Below the pieces are notes generated by a model that was not told the DNA's origin, searched no databases, and saw only the letters and a program-made list of their open reading frames with translations. A program made the translations under genes and the position numbers. A DNA stretch of 64,000 nucleotides from Lama guanicoe (lineage: Eukaryota), in contig MU053934.1 in NCBI GenBank assembly GCA_013239625.1, positions 9,321,352 through 9,385,351 of the forward strand. The letters run 5' to 3'. Shown piece by piece: positions 21,797-34,950 of this stretch (positions are counted from its first letter, which is position 1; each line of letters begins with the position of its first letter).

Positions 21797-23179
21797 AAAA
21801 AGGCAGGCCAGCCTTACAAAGTTTGTAAAGAGACAGAATGGTCACAGCAAGTTTTGTGACCGTATTACTGCTTTCAAGAGCAGACAGACAAAGCGGTTCA
21901 CTTTTTTGGTCTCTTTATTTTAAAAGCAGAGAAAGACTTCTGTTTGACATTCAGTCTGAGTATTTGCAGAATGATGTTTTTGAAAACCTTAACAATGGAT
22001 GTTATTATTTCAAAAATATTTATTTTCACAATTTGAGTAACAGACTGTTAGAGTTTGTCCGTATGTCCATATTAATACATCTTGTGGGTTGGTTTTCTTG
22101 GGAAGCTAATGCTGGATGCATTTTTGTTCAGTAGCTTCTGCCTCTAACCACCATGCTTTGGAAAGTGCTAAAAGTTAGCGGCCTTGCAAAATGGAATGTA
22201 GAGGGATGACTGAGGTCATTTGGGCTGCCAATTAGTAAACTTTTAATCAAAAATTAAGATTTTATGTATGTATATCTTGTGTCCATTAATTTCTGAAGGC
22301 ACTGATGTGCTGCCGTTACGGCAATGCTGGAACTTAAATGCTACTTAAATGGTTTTATAGTGTCCTTCAGTTTCTGTTAGTTATATGAGCAATGATCCTA
22401 TGAATGAGTAAACAGATGTTGGGACAAATGTGGCCTACTCTAAACATACATATTTCATCGTCAGTAAGTTCTGCACATAAAAGAATTCATTTATATATGG
22501 GAGGCAGTAAAATTAAGACAATTCTGTGGTGCAGAGGAGTGAAAGAAGGACCTTAACATTTAGGATCTACTACAAAACCGGCCCTAGGGAGGAGAAACCC
22601 TCTTGGTGCTGTCCAAGGTTCTGACCGCCTCAACTACAGTCGCCTGAATATGGAAAATCAATTAAGAACTTTGTTTTTCAAAATTCACATCATTCCCCTT
22701 GTGTTTATATGATAGAATATCTCTTTTTTCCTTCCCTACACATTTTAATATGTTTATTTGGGTTTTTCAGGTCAAATGTTATTTAGGTGGCACTTTACAA
22801 TATAAATTTGATTTGCCATCTCTAACTTACGTGAATTTTAAAGGTAAGCTTTTTCTGTAAATGTAATGGTTCTGGTGTTAACTCATTCATCAGACTTTCT
22901 TCGTCACAACCAAAGACAATTACTGTGTTACTGGAAATGACTTTTTGAAGGTTTTGATAATTGTTTATACTGGCTTATTTGAAACCTTAAGTTAAGCATT
23001 AAGTTAAACGTTTCTTCTTATTAAAACAATATAATACACATTCTCCATTTACACATGAAATTATGCTTCTGTTACTTCAGTTAAGCAAGAGCTTATGTGG
23101 TGTTTTCTAGCGTGGGTATAATTTTTACCACCACTTTTTTTTTTTTTCCTTTTCCCACCACTTTGTAAAGCTTGTGGTT

Positions 23180-24620
23180 GGGAGCAGAAGCTCTGAAGTG
23201 AGTGCCGGGGTTCCAGGCCCCCCTCTTTCACCTGTGACTCTGGGCAGATTCTGTAAGTTCTGTGCCTCCATTTCCTCATCACTGAAATGGGGCTTACGAA
23301 ACCACCAACCTGCAGGAATCCATGAGGATGAAGATAAGTGAATGTATTGGCATGCTTAGGCTGCGGCCTGACACGTGGTGCATTCACTGAGGCCAGTGCT
23401 CACTGCTGCAGCAGGCGCTGTTAAGCCTCCGAGACCTTCATCATGTGTCCAACGGGAGCGCGTCTGTTGGGGGCGCACAGACACTGCACTGTGCGGGCCC
23501 CGTCCCCGCAGCCCTGGGCGTCCAGTAGGCACTCACGAAATGCACTTCACTTCTTTAGCAGATACTTATGTAATGCTTCCTGGGTGCCAGGCAATGTGTG
23601 GAGCACTTTAACCATATTAATCATTTAATGCTCACAGCCATTGCACAGTATTAACCCCATTATACGGATGAGAAAGTTGAGTCGCAGAGGTTAATGCCTG
23701 GGGTCCCAGAGCAGTAAATGCTTAATGATTAATTGCCATGGTTGGTTAGAAGGGAAAGAATGAGAGAACAAACTTGGCTTCTTTCTCTGGAGGTCAGTGT
23801 AGCAGATACGCCTGAACTGTGGCTCTGGACGTAGAGCAAGGGGAGCTTCATGGGGAGAATCTCAGCCCCACTTCTTGCTGGCTGTGTGGCCTTGAGCAGG
23901 TTGCTTAACCACTCTGAGCCTCAGTTTCCTCCTGGAGCAGTGTACCGGCAGATCCTGGGGATACAGCAGTAAACGAGAGACACAGTCATGCTGTCATGAA
24001 GCTTATGTTCTGATGAGAATGGCAGAAAATTAACAAATAAACAGACATAAAAACAACATCACATACTGGAGAAAACAGCATGAAGAAAATAAACAAGGTC
24101 AGAATATGGACGGGAGCAGAGTGTCCATCCTGAGGCGGCCACACCTGACCCGAGGCCAGAAGGTTGAAAAGGTGCCGACTGTGCCAAGAGCTGGGGGAGC
24201 ACCAGGCACAGAGGCCAGAGGCCGGGTGGGCTTCACACGGTCTAGGGCCATGGGGGCAGCGGGCGGGGGGACCAGGAGGCAGATCATGCAGGAATTTGCG
24301 TTTCCCTCCAAGTGCGTTGGGAAGGTGCTGACCGCGTTCAGCGGAGGGGTGAGAAGACCCACCTCCCGGGTCTCGGGCTGTGGATGAGGGTGGCTTGGCC
24401 GAGCGTGGTGGCCGTGTAGGTGGAGGCAGGGATTTGAGTTGATCTGTGTTGGATCAGTCGTTGAGGAGGGGAGTGTGTTACCAAGAGTAACTCCTCGGAT
24501 TTCCTCACACAGCTGGGGAAATGGTCAGGCTCTCCCTAAGGTGGAGAAGTTTGATGTGAAGAAGAATCCGAGGTGTGTTTTGTCTGGTCGGTACTGGAGG
24601 TACATGTTTGGAGTCACTGT
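23180..24620. mobile_element. Cluster of MIR (both orientations) and L2 fragments
   Basis: ctgtgcctccatttcctcatcactgaaatgggg (about 23260), cggatgagaaagttgag (about 23665), ctgagcctcagtttcct (about 23915), then an L2-like antisense body to about 24620. Confidence 0.7.
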
Positions 24621-24959
24621 TTTCACGTGTAAATAATATTTGAAGCTATGGGCCGAATGGAACATACGGCTCACATGACAGCCTACACTTAACACTACCG
24701 TAAAATTTTTCCAAATCTCACAAATACACGTTTCAATGGCTGCATCATTGAAACGTCCTACTGTGGCCCTAACCATCCTGTTACCACTGGGCCTTCCGGG
24801 TTGTATTTCTCATCGTGATCAGTGTTGCAGGGAACATCCTGGTGCAGAAGAGCTTTGTCTGCACTTCAGGTTGCAGACCTTGGGGGGTCAGAGAAGGAAG
24901 ACAAGATTAAGGGGCTAAAGAAGATTTGGCATGAATTACGAGAGTACGTGTGTTAGAAA

Positions 24960-27900
24960 AGGAGAGGGCACTTCCAAACCCAGTGATAAGATTAACGAGG
25001 TGATTCTGAGCACAACTCCCCGAAGACAGATAAAGAGCAAGCCAAACTATTTGAAAGCTACTATTTGAAGGTACCAGGGGGAGAACAAGACAGAGTGAAA
25101 AGTCACCGGGCTGGTGTCTGGGCTGCTCTCTCACCAGAGAAGAAGCAAAGAGGCTGCGAGTCGTGTGTGTCACAGCCAGAGGGGCCCAGGTGACCGACCG
25201 CTGCCTGGCAGACCTCCCTCTCTCTAGGCCGGGGCCCCAGGGGGCTGCCTGGGAAGAACAATAGTGGAGCCGAAGTAGCTTCTCCCAGACACTGAGTCTC
25301 AGTGACCGGGGTGAGCCCTGCCATCCAGCGTCCGGAGCACTGCCGCCCCAGGTTCCTGACGACTCAAATCCCCTCTGGAAAAAGATAACATCGTGTTAGG
25401 TCTCAGAGTATTTGTATAACTTTTCCTGCATGTTCTCTAGCACTCAGTCAAAAGTGCCCTGAGGAGAGGAGACAGCATGACAGGGAAATCAGAAGAAATC
25501 AACGTGGCAACGAACAAAAGAAACGTGGAGGGGCAGCAGAGAACGGAGTTAACAGACAGAAACTTAACGTGACTGTGTTGAAAACGTTTCAAGAGACGAA
25601 AGACAAGACTGAAAATTGACAGGGAAGATGTCAGCAGAAGACGGGACACACTGTGAAGGGGGTTGAATGAAAACTCAGGAACCAAAGAAAACGTAACTGA
25701 AATGAAGAAATCAGTGGTTGCGTTCAGCCACAGGAGAGGAGTCAATGAAAGGGAGATGAGTTGAAAGTATCTGAAATGAACCACTAAGAGACATGGGCAC
25801 AGTGACATGGTCTGAGGTCCGTATTTACAGCCTAAGAGGAAAAGGTGAGTGTTGCAGTTTTGGTAATAACACCTGAAAGTCAAAACTAAGCCTTAAGTTG
25901 AAAATGTCACCAAGAAGGCAGCAGCGAGGGAAAATTCACCCAGTCACCACTTCCTTCGAAGACTCTTTCCTGGAAGCAGGGGTTGTGAGCAGCAGAGGGA
26001 AGGAGCTGCGTGCGCTTCCAGGGGCGGGTCTGTCTGCCTGTCTGTCTGCCTGTCTGTCTCCCCCACCCCCACTCCGGGGCCTCGGCCGTCCTCTGCTCCC
26101 AGCCAGCCCCCTGGAGACCACCACGTGTGGGTGTCCATGCCACGATCTGCATCACGGGCTGCAGTCCTCACACGATCAACGTGCAGGGGTCTGTCCTCTC
26201 TTAGTGGCTGATGAGCTGGGCGGACACTAATCGTCCGTGAGGACAGTAAACATTATATCAGTGCAGTTGTGAGATTGCCCGTATTTGCCACGTATAGAAC
26301 ATTACATTCGACAAGTGCAGAACACACATTCTAAAATATATGTGGAACCGTTTACCGAAACCGGTCCTTTTGCTGTGCTGTTAAGTCTCAGCAGAGTTCA
26401 GAGGATCAGGGTCATACGTAGCCTATTCCGATCCTAAATCAGGGTAGAGGTTCCGTACCATTTCAGCTAGCTGCATGTCAGTGCCAAGAAGACAGCTGGA
26501 AGGTCCCCACAACTTAAGAAAAGAAACTGTTTCTCAAATGCCTAAGAGTCCAAATGAAGAAATGGAAACTAGGAAATACTCTTAACTGACTGTTCATGAA
26601 GATGCTGCACATCAAAGATTGTGGCTGCACGAAAGCCATGCTTAGATGGAGATTCACTGCCTTCAATGCACATGTGAGAAAGGATGGCGGAAAACCAATA
26701 ACCTAGGCATTATCTTTAGCAGTTATGAAAAGAACCCTAAAGCCACAATTGAAGGGAAATAAAGGAATACATAGGACACCAGAAAATAATTAAACAGGAA
26801 ACAATCACAATATTTAAAAAAAATACAAAAAGAAATTAAGCCAGAAATTGGTTCTTTGAAAAATACATTAAATTGAGAAAGCTGTGCTGAGGCCAACGCA
26901 GAAAACAGCGCCCCCAGAAAACCACGGTCACTTCAGAGCTTGTGGACGTTAAAAGTCCGTAAAAGAATATTGTGATTATTTTATGTTAATGAATTTGAAC
27001 GTTGAGGGGACATGGATAGATTCCTTTAAAAAAAAAAAACCAAAACACACAAAATGAAATATCTTACTTTAAATATTTAATCTTTAAAACTTCCACAGAG
27101 GAGACTCCAGGCTCACAAAGCCTCAGCAGCAAGTTCTACCAGCAAATTTTAGAAGCACAGCTAACCCCACACAACACTCCTCCAGGAAAAGAGGGGACAC
27201 CACAACCCTTTACACAGCCAGAATAATTTTGATTTCAAAACCTGAAAAGTTTATTAGGAGAAAAGAAAAGGCAAGGCCAGTCTCATGCATGAACATAGAC
27301 CAAAGACCCTAAACACGTCAGAAACAAACTGTATATTTCAGGGATGCAACACTGGTTTAACATTTTTTTAAAGTAGTAAATGTCACTGCAGTAACAAATT
27401 AAAATCGGGGAGGGTGTAGCTCGTGTGGTAGAGCACATGCTTAGCATGCAGGAGGTCCTGGGTTCAATCCCCAGAACCTCCTCTAAAATTAAAAAAAGAA
27501 AGAAACTTAATTACCTCCTCCCTAAAAGGAAAAAAAAATAAAGTCACAACTCATGCAGAGAAAAAAATTTACAGTGAAATTCAACATCCAATCATATTAT
27601 TAAAACGTCTTGGCAAATTAGGAGTAGAGGGGAGTTTCCTTATTCTGATAGAGAATTATCTACAGAAACTCCCTCAGCTAATAGCAAACTGGATTAAGAA
27701 ATGTTGAAATGTTTCCTCTTGACCTTAAGGCAAGGTTAGTCACAATTCAGCACTTACACTCACCCTGACGTTGGGAAGCTAAAACAGCCAACAAAGTACA
27801 TCCAAAAACGGAGGGGGGAGGGTAATCATCGGAAGGAAGAACTCGGACGGGATCGCTTATGTGGCTAATGCAGAAGCCTGTGCATAAAGTATCAGAACAA

Positions 27901-29265
27901 ATAAACGAATACAGGGAGGTTACTGAATACCAGGTTAGTATGCAAAGCTCTGCTAAATTTCTACATACCAGCAACAAACATTTAGAAACTAAGTATTTTA
28001 AGTAAATTCTAAAATGGATAAGGAAATTTAAAAAGCCAAGAACAGCCAGGACTCCCTGAAAGAAGAATGATGGGTAAGATTCCTTAAAAAGCGTGGCATT
28101 GGCCCAAGGGTAAGTACACAGAGCAAGGAGACAGAGCAGAGTCCAGGAACACCCTCACCTGTGGACACTGGGTGCACTCTTTAAACGGCTTGCAGAGCAC
28201 GGCAGGGAAGGATCAGCTCTTCAACACGTCCTGCTGAGACGGCTGAACATCTGTAGAGGTTAAAGGACACTTGGCCCCTACCTTGTACCATATAAAAATA
28301 CCAATTCCTAGACAGAGTGTAAATCTGAATATGAAAAAGCAAAAATGCTAACAAATTCTAGAAAATAGAGCCTTACAACCTTAGGGTAAGATTTCTTAAC
28401 CATGTGACAAAAGTATTAAAATGGGCTTTATTAAAAATTTAGTCATTGTTAAGAGAGTGAAAAGGCAATGGAAGGAGCTGTTTGAAACGTCTGTGATTGA
28501 CAGAGGGTTCATATCCCCACTATGTAAAGAACTACGTATCAATTAAAAAGTTGGAAGAAATGGGGACAAGACTTGAACAGGCACTTCACCCAGAAGACAC
28601 CATTTCACCAGCAGACGCAGGAAAAAGTACTTAATCTCATTAGTAATCGCGGAAATGAAAACCGAAACCATGATGAAACGCCACGACTGCCTGCCAGAGC
28701 ACTTAAAATAAAAAGACCAGCAATGCCATGTGCTCCGCTGATGAGGATGTAGGGCAGACAGAGCTCAAACCCCGCCGCGGGAGTGGGAGTCGGTGCCGCC
28801 CGTAACCACTTAGGGAAGCAGTCTGGCGTTCCTTGGCTGCTAAATTTGAAGATAAGCACGTCGTATGACCCAGCAATTCCACCGCAGGGATCATACCTCA
28901 CAGAAATCTACGCGTACGTGAACCCAGAGACACAGATGAGGCAGGAGTGTGCGTTATTTGTGACAGCCGGGACATGGAAACAGCCCAAGTGTCACCGGCA
29001 GTGTCCTGGTGAGAGCGGTGGTGATACACTCGAGGCATGGGGCTCCGGCAGTGACCTCAGTCGCTCTCAGCGGGTGAGGCTGCCAGTGTCGAGTAAGGAA
29101 GCCACACGCCGATGACGGCTGTGTGACTATTTCCATAAAGTTCATAAGCAGATCAGACGAAACGTCAGATAGTGGCTGCACGGTGTGTTCACTGTGTGAT
29201 AATTCACTGAGCTGTACCCTTAAGTTTTGTATCCTTTTCTGTATTTTATATTCCACACAGAAAAA
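24960..29265 (+). mobile_element. Ancient, highly decayed L1 (5' region/ORF1, ORF2 remnants and 3' UTR)
   Basis: A-rich L1 motifs throughout: ttggttctttgaaaaa, gaaattcaacatcca, gacttgaacaggcacttcac, tatgacccagcaattccac, ending ctgtattttatattccacacagaaaaaa. Confidence 0.8.
27407..27540 (+). mobile_element. tRNA-derived camelid SINE (Vic-1-like) nested in L1
   Basis: GGGGAGGGTGTAGCTCGTGTGGTAGAGCACATGCTTAGCATGCAGGAGGTCCTGGGTTCAATCCCCAGAACCTCCTCTAAAA...CTTAATTACCTCC followed by an A tail. Confidence 0.9.
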
Positions 29266-29284
29266 ATCTCACCTGCTCACCTGG

Positions 29285-29745
29285 GTGCAAGTTGAGCTGC
29301 TATATAGAGAGACCCCCAGATACGGCGGCCCGGCCGGAGTGAAGCTTCCTTCTCTTCACAGGATACATGGCCTGTTATTGGAGGCAGACAGACAAGAGGG
29401 GGCGGGTACCAAGAGCCCAGGGCTCAGCAGGAGCCCGGCTCCCCCATGCCTTGCTGCTCTGCCGTCTCCTGGGGTGTCACCTCTGTGTGCACAGTTGAAG
29501 TTGGGTGACTATTTCTTGCCTTTGGGAAGGAGAAGAGTGGAGGGCAGGCACTTTCCCTCAAAGCAAGCGGTCTGCACCCATCTCTTACTCCCTCCTGCGG
29601 GCGAGGATTTAGCCCCACAGCCACATCTAGTCCTGCGTGGAGCTGGGCCACATGGTGTCTAGTTGGGTGGCCGTGCGTGGGTCCCTGACCACAAGAAGAA
29701 GGAAGTGTGGGTGATGGGGACACTTGGCCGGAGCTGTCACAACAC
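29285..29745 (-). mobile_element. Old MaLR LTR (MLT1J/K-like)
   Basis: Layout gccacatctagtcctgcgtggagctgggccacatggtgtctagttggg...gctgtcaca resembles antisense old MLT1. Confidence 0.55.
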
Positions 29746-30282
29746 CCAGAGTTGTGATGTCAAGCCCTGCATGGTTGCTAGAGGGGCTGGGTTGCACCTC
29801 CCAGCCCCCTTGTGCAGGCCGAGGGCTGTCTGGGCAGATGCATTGGGCTTAAATGTCCTAAAGGATAAGGAAGTCTGGGGATGCATGTGTGATGCTGCAC
29901 CCGGGGAAGGCGTCAGGGGGGAGACCCGAGGGAGCCCACCCGTCACAGGATTCCAGAGCTGAGCAGGAGGCCAGGGGGCCGTGGAGCAGAGAGGGAAGAG
30001 GGTGTGGGGCCTGGAGCGCCTTCCCTTCAGTAAAGGGCCCTGCAGCAGGGGGCTTTGGAAGCCCTTGGTGGAAATACATGTGCATGCGCTGTGGCCAGGC
30101 CAGGGCCTGGCAGGACGGACTTACCCAGGGAGCGGCTCGCTCTCCTGGGGGCTGGGAGGAAGCCGCAGGTGCAGGCCTGGGGCTCAGGAAAGGAGCGAGG
30201 GAGCCTCCATGCCCTGGGGTAGGTCCCTGTGAGCCTTAGTCTTTCTGTCTGTAAAATGGCAAGGCGGGTGCGGCACCTTTGC

Positions 30283-30756
30283 TTCCAGGTCATCCAGAGA
30301 AACAGAACCAGAGGATGCCTGCGCGCGCAGGAGGAGGTGAACTGAAGGAGTCGGCACCCGCATCGCGAAGGCTCACAGGCCCCAGGATCTGCGGGCGGCA
30401 TGCGGGGGGCCCAGCAGGGCCGGGGCTGTAAGGTCCGGCCCGGACGCCGGCAAGCTCGACTCCCAGAAAGAGCCGCTTTCACCTCAAGTCCAAAGGCTGG
30501 AAAAAACCCGTGTCCCAGCTCCCGTGTCCCAGCTCGAGGCACCCGGTGGGGAAGAAGCCCTCTTTGTTCTATTTGGGCCTTTCAAGCGAGTGGACGGGGC
30601 CCACCCTCCCTGGGGAGGGGGGAGGGCCACCTGCTTCCCTTACTCAGACTGCCGGTTCCAGCGTGAGTCACCCGCCCAGACACACCCCGAGTCATGTCTG
30701 ACCCCTTGTCTGGGCACGCCGAGGCCCAGTCACGTTGACGCAGCATGAACCATCAC
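30283..30756 (-). mobile_element. ERVL solo LTR (MLT2B-like)
   Basis: Starts ccagagaaacagaacca and ends gggcacgccgaggcccagtcacgttgac...aaccatcac, the reverse complements of the MLT2 termini. Confidence 0.85.
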
Positions 30757-31017
30757 CCTATCTGAGGGTCCAGGAGTGGGACGTGCCAGGGCCTTGTCGC
30801 CATGGACCCTGACTGCTGCGGGAGGGTGGGGTGGGAGGGAGTCGGCGTGGCGGGGGAGGGGCTGCAGCAGCTGGGCCAGCGGGCAAGGGACCCTTAGCTG
30901 GCACTGCTGCCCACCCGGCCCAGGGTAGCTTTTTGTTTGACCGTCTGCATCCCCGCCGGACTAGGAGGTCAGTAAGAGCAGGGACGGTGTCTGCTGTCCC
31001 TTGTGGATCTGGCACCA

Positions 31018-31385
31018 TTAGGGGTGAATCAGCCGCCACCCCCACACTCGATGTTGAAGCCATGACTCCCAGCACCTCAGAATGTGGCTGTATTGGAGAT
31101 AAGCCCTTTAAAGAGGTGATTTCAATAGAGTGAGGCCGTTTGGGTGGGCCCTAGTCCAGTCTAACGGGAGTGTCCATGTGAGAGGAGGAAATGTAGACAC
31201 ACCGACCCCAGGGGCACGTGTGCACAGAAGGACGGTCACACAAGAGGGCGGCCGCCGCAAGCCCAGGAGAGAGGCCGCAGGGGACCCACCCTGCCGACAC
31301 CTCGATCCCAGACAGAAGAGAATGGATTTCTGCGGTTTAAGCCACCCGTCTGGTGTTGCATTACGGCAAGCTCAGCGCTGAGCAT
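31018..31385 (+). mobile_element. MaLR solo LTR (MLT1A-like)
   Basis: cccagcacctcagaatgtggctgtattggagataagccctttaaagaggtgatt...gggtgggccctagtcca...tttctgcggtttaagccaccc. Confidence 0.88.
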
Positions 31386-32878
31386 CTGCGGAAGGCAGAA
31401 GCCATGAGACGCTTCGGCCCTTGTCCTCGGCAGACGTGTGAGCAAGGGAGCTACAGCTCCGGGCCCAGAGCGACCATGGGAGCAGAAGGGTGTTCAGAGA
31501 AGGCTTCCTGGAGGAGGCTTCTGGCGGCAGCTCACAGTGGGCGTGGGCTGGAAGGCTGTTCTGAGAGGGAGCCAGTGTGTGTGTGCACCAGCCTGGAGCC
31601 AGGAAGGAGCACCTCTGGGAACTTATTCCTGCTTCACCGATGCTGAAGGGTCACCTGTTGCAGAGTCCTCATGTGTCTCCCAGAGAAGTCTGGGCCACGG
31701 CCTGAGACGGCGGGGAGCCCCCAGCAGGAGATCCTCACCCTGGCGGCTGCAGGTGCGTTACATGAGGCAAACCAACGGCGCAGGGCCCAGGAGGCAGCCA
31801 GGTAGAGCGGGAAGCTGTGAACCGAGGAGCCGTCCCCAGTTCTGAGTTTGCTCTTACAGGGTGCTCAGCAAACGGCAGCGGTCCTCCCGGGGCACCCGTG
31901 GGGTGGGTGTGGTCCCCCCGGGGCGCCCGCGGGGTGGGTGCCAGGAGCAGAGCCGGGCATCGCTCTGGCAGCAGAGGGCGGAGCCAGGCTCCAGCCCCCC
32001 CCCCGCCTCCTCCCACGGGAGGCGTGTGGGTCCTTCCTCTCACTGTCCTCCTGAGTCCTGCCCATGTTCTCAAGTCACCATAACACTCTCCTCCTCCAGG
32101 AAGCCTTCCAGGGACTTAGGTTCACCTTAATCTGCACCTTCCATTAACCCCTGGGTTTTGTAGCCATCCCCTAGATCGTTCCATGTGTTGGGACCACTGA
32201 CTCAGGAGAGGTGCCAGGGAAGGGAGGTGAATCTGGTACCTTCGCAAAGCAGCTGCCATCTCAGAAACAGTCACCAGGGCTCATTGTGACTTTCACAGGG
32301 CTGTGCTCTGATGACACCGACACCTTGTCAGCCGTCCCTCCCTTCAACAGGCAGCCGGACACTGGGCTGGGTGCTGGGACTAGACAGACAGCGGCCCACA
32401 TGCCGCTCCCAGTTTGCTGAGGGAGATAGATGTTAATCAGATCATTAAAAAAGCGCAGGTGCAGCTGTGATAAGTGCCCAGAGGGACACCTAGTCCTGTG
32501 AGAGAGCGTCAGCGGTGTCCCATCTCACTACATGCACACTACTGTCGGCACCCTGGACCCATGGCGGCTCTGCAAACCTTCATTCTCGCCAACGTTCGGC
32601 CCCACCACCTCCCCTCACTTTCTGCTTCTTCAGGGCCCAGGAACTCCCAACATTTCTCACTACCAGACCGCAAGCCTTCCTGCACCCACCTGTTCCTCTG
32701 TCCCACCTGGGTCCCTCCACACACGCCATCCATTCCACCCCACGGGGATCTCAGGATCAGGCGGTCCTCTCATACCTGCAGCCTCTCCTTCCTTCTTGCT
32801 TCCTTTCCAACAGGCCCAACTTTCACTCACCTTAAAAAAATTCTGCAATTCCAGATACCCTCTTAGTCATATTTAGCT

Positions 32879-33990
32879 CAGTTGTCTTCAAACTTTTTGT
32901 TCGCATTTCCCTAAAATAACTTTGAAAAAAACCTACAACAACATTTCAAGTTGATATCTTTTTTCACCTTAAGTCTTTATAGTTACAAATTATCTAATTT
33001 GCAACAAATAGTAGAGATGCTGTGAAGAGAAATGTTGCATGATTCCTTTAAATGATTTTAATAGGAGTGAAATATAGAAAAATGTGGTTCCCCCACCTAC
33101 ACTATTGGTGGGAATGCAGTTTGGTGCAGCCATTATGGAAAACAGTATGAAGATTTCCCAACAAACTGAAAATGGACTCACCATGTGACCCAGCAGTCCC
33201 ACGCCTGGGCATATATCCGGAGGGAACTCTAATTCAAAAAGACACCTGCACCCCAATGTTCACAGCAGCACTATTTACAATAGCCAAGACATGGAAGCAA
33301 CCTAAATGTCCATCAAAAGATGACAGGGTGAAAAAGTTGTGGTATATTTATACAATGGAATACTACTCAGCCATGAAAAAGAATAAAATAATGCCATTTG
33401 CAGCAATATGGATGGACCTGGAGATTGTCCTTCTAAACAAAGCAAGCCAAATAGAGAAAGAAAAATACCATATGATATTATTCATATGTGGAATCTAAAA
33501 AAAGGAAAAAGCAGACACTAATGAACTCACCTACAAAACAGAAACAGACTCACAGACATAGTAAACAATCTTATGGTTATGGGGAGAAAGATGGTAAACG
33601 ATAAATTGGGAATTTGATATTTACAAATATTAACTACTATGTGTAAAGATAGATAAAAGACAAACTTCTGTATAGCACAGGGAGCTATACGCAATATCTT
33701 GTAGTAGCCTATAATGAAAAAGAATATGAAAATGAATATACACATGCATATGGATGACTGAAACTGTGCTGGACACCAGAAATTGACACATTGTAACTGA
33801 GTATACTTCAGTTAAAAAAGAAAAAAAGAAAAATGTGGCTCCCAACAATCCATTTTAAAAATTAAAGTGCCTTCTCTTAATGTTAGGAAATAATATTTTT
33901 ACTTTTTCTTCTGGAATCTGCATTTCCATTTCATTCTACTCACAAAATTTTATCCTAATGTAGTATTTATATGCTTGAAATCATACAAAA
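32879..33990. mobile_element. hAT-Charlie DNA transposon fragment interrupted by a young L1
   Basis: Begins cagttgtcttcaaactttttg (Charlie-type terminus); the AT-rich body resumes after the L1 at 33844. Confidence 0.55.
33093..33826 (+). mobile_element. Young 5'-truncated LINE-1 (ORF2 C-terminus plus 3' UTR) with target-site duplication
   Basis: ORF 33172-33498 encodes the L1 ORF2p C-terminus ([24 protein letters not shown]...[12 protein letters not shown]). Flanked by agaaaaatgtggttccc (33076-33092) and agaaaaatgtggctccc (33827-33843). Confidence 0.95.
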
Positions 33991-34950
33991 TAGGTATAAT
34001 TTCACACACAGAATTAAATTCTGGCCATAACAGTTAAAAACCCATGACAAAAAGATACCTGGAAAATATCTGAATATTTAGACATTAAAAAGCATAATTC
34101 TAAATAACATGTGGGTGAAAGAAGAAATTATAAAGCAAATTTAAAATGTCTGAATAAGTAAAACATGATACAGTCATCCATTGGTATCCACGACCCATGG
34201 GGCATTGGTTCCAGGACCCACCTCAGATACCAAAATCCACGGATGCTCAAGTCCCACTGTCATCCTTCTGTATCCACAGTTCTGCATCTGTGGATTCAAC
34301 CAACCAAGGATCGTGCAGTACTGGAGTATTTATTTAAAAAAAAAATCCCAGTATAAATGGAACTGCCACGGTTCAGACCCGTGTTGTTCAAGGATTGGCT
34401 GTATGTGAAAATTCTTGAAACGCAGCTAAAGTCGTGTTTATGGGAAATTTGGAGGCTTTTTGCTTTGTTAGAAGAGAGATTTAAAATCAATGACCTAAGT
34501 TTCCGCCATAAGAAGCTAGAAAAAGAAGAGCAAATGAAACACAAAGTAAGTAGAAGGAAGGAAACAATAACAATAAAACAGGAAATGGGCAAACAGTAGA
34601 AAAAAATCCGTGAAGCCAAAAGCTAGTTCTTTTAAAAGATCAATAAAGTTGATAAACCGCTGGTGAGCCTGCTCAAGGGAAAAACCCACAAACTGTTAGC
34701 ATCAGCAAGACAGACGGGGCATCACTACAGCTCCTACAGACACTAAAAGGGAAATGAGAGATTATGAGGGAAAATGAACAACTTTATGCCCCCTCCCAAA
34801 ATGGAAAACAAATTATTTCTGTTAAACACATGAAATATGAAAATGGACACAAAAAGAAATAGAAAATCCAAACAGCCCTATGTCTACTAAATAAATTGAA
34901 CTTGTGATTGAGCCTCTCCACAAAGAAACTCCCAGGCCTCTGTCTTCAAT
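33990..34950 (+). mobile_element. Ancient L1 ORF2 fragment
   Basis: aagaagctagaaaaagaagagcaaatgaaacacaaagtaagtagaaggaagg...agctagttcttttaaaagatcaataaa. Confidence 0.85.
34171..34401 (+). mobile_element. Tigger-derived MITE (MER8-like, Tc1/mariner) nested in L1
   Basis: TA|CAGTCATCC...ttggttccaggaccc...gtgttgttcaaGGATTGGCTG|TA: imperfect terminal inverted repeats and TA target duplication. Confidence 0.88.

Noticed and set aside
27407..27480. tRNA-like sequences here and at 3143-3215
   Set aside because: They have SINE tails, one has a target-site duplication, and neither forms a clean cloverleaf; called SINEs, not tRNA genes.
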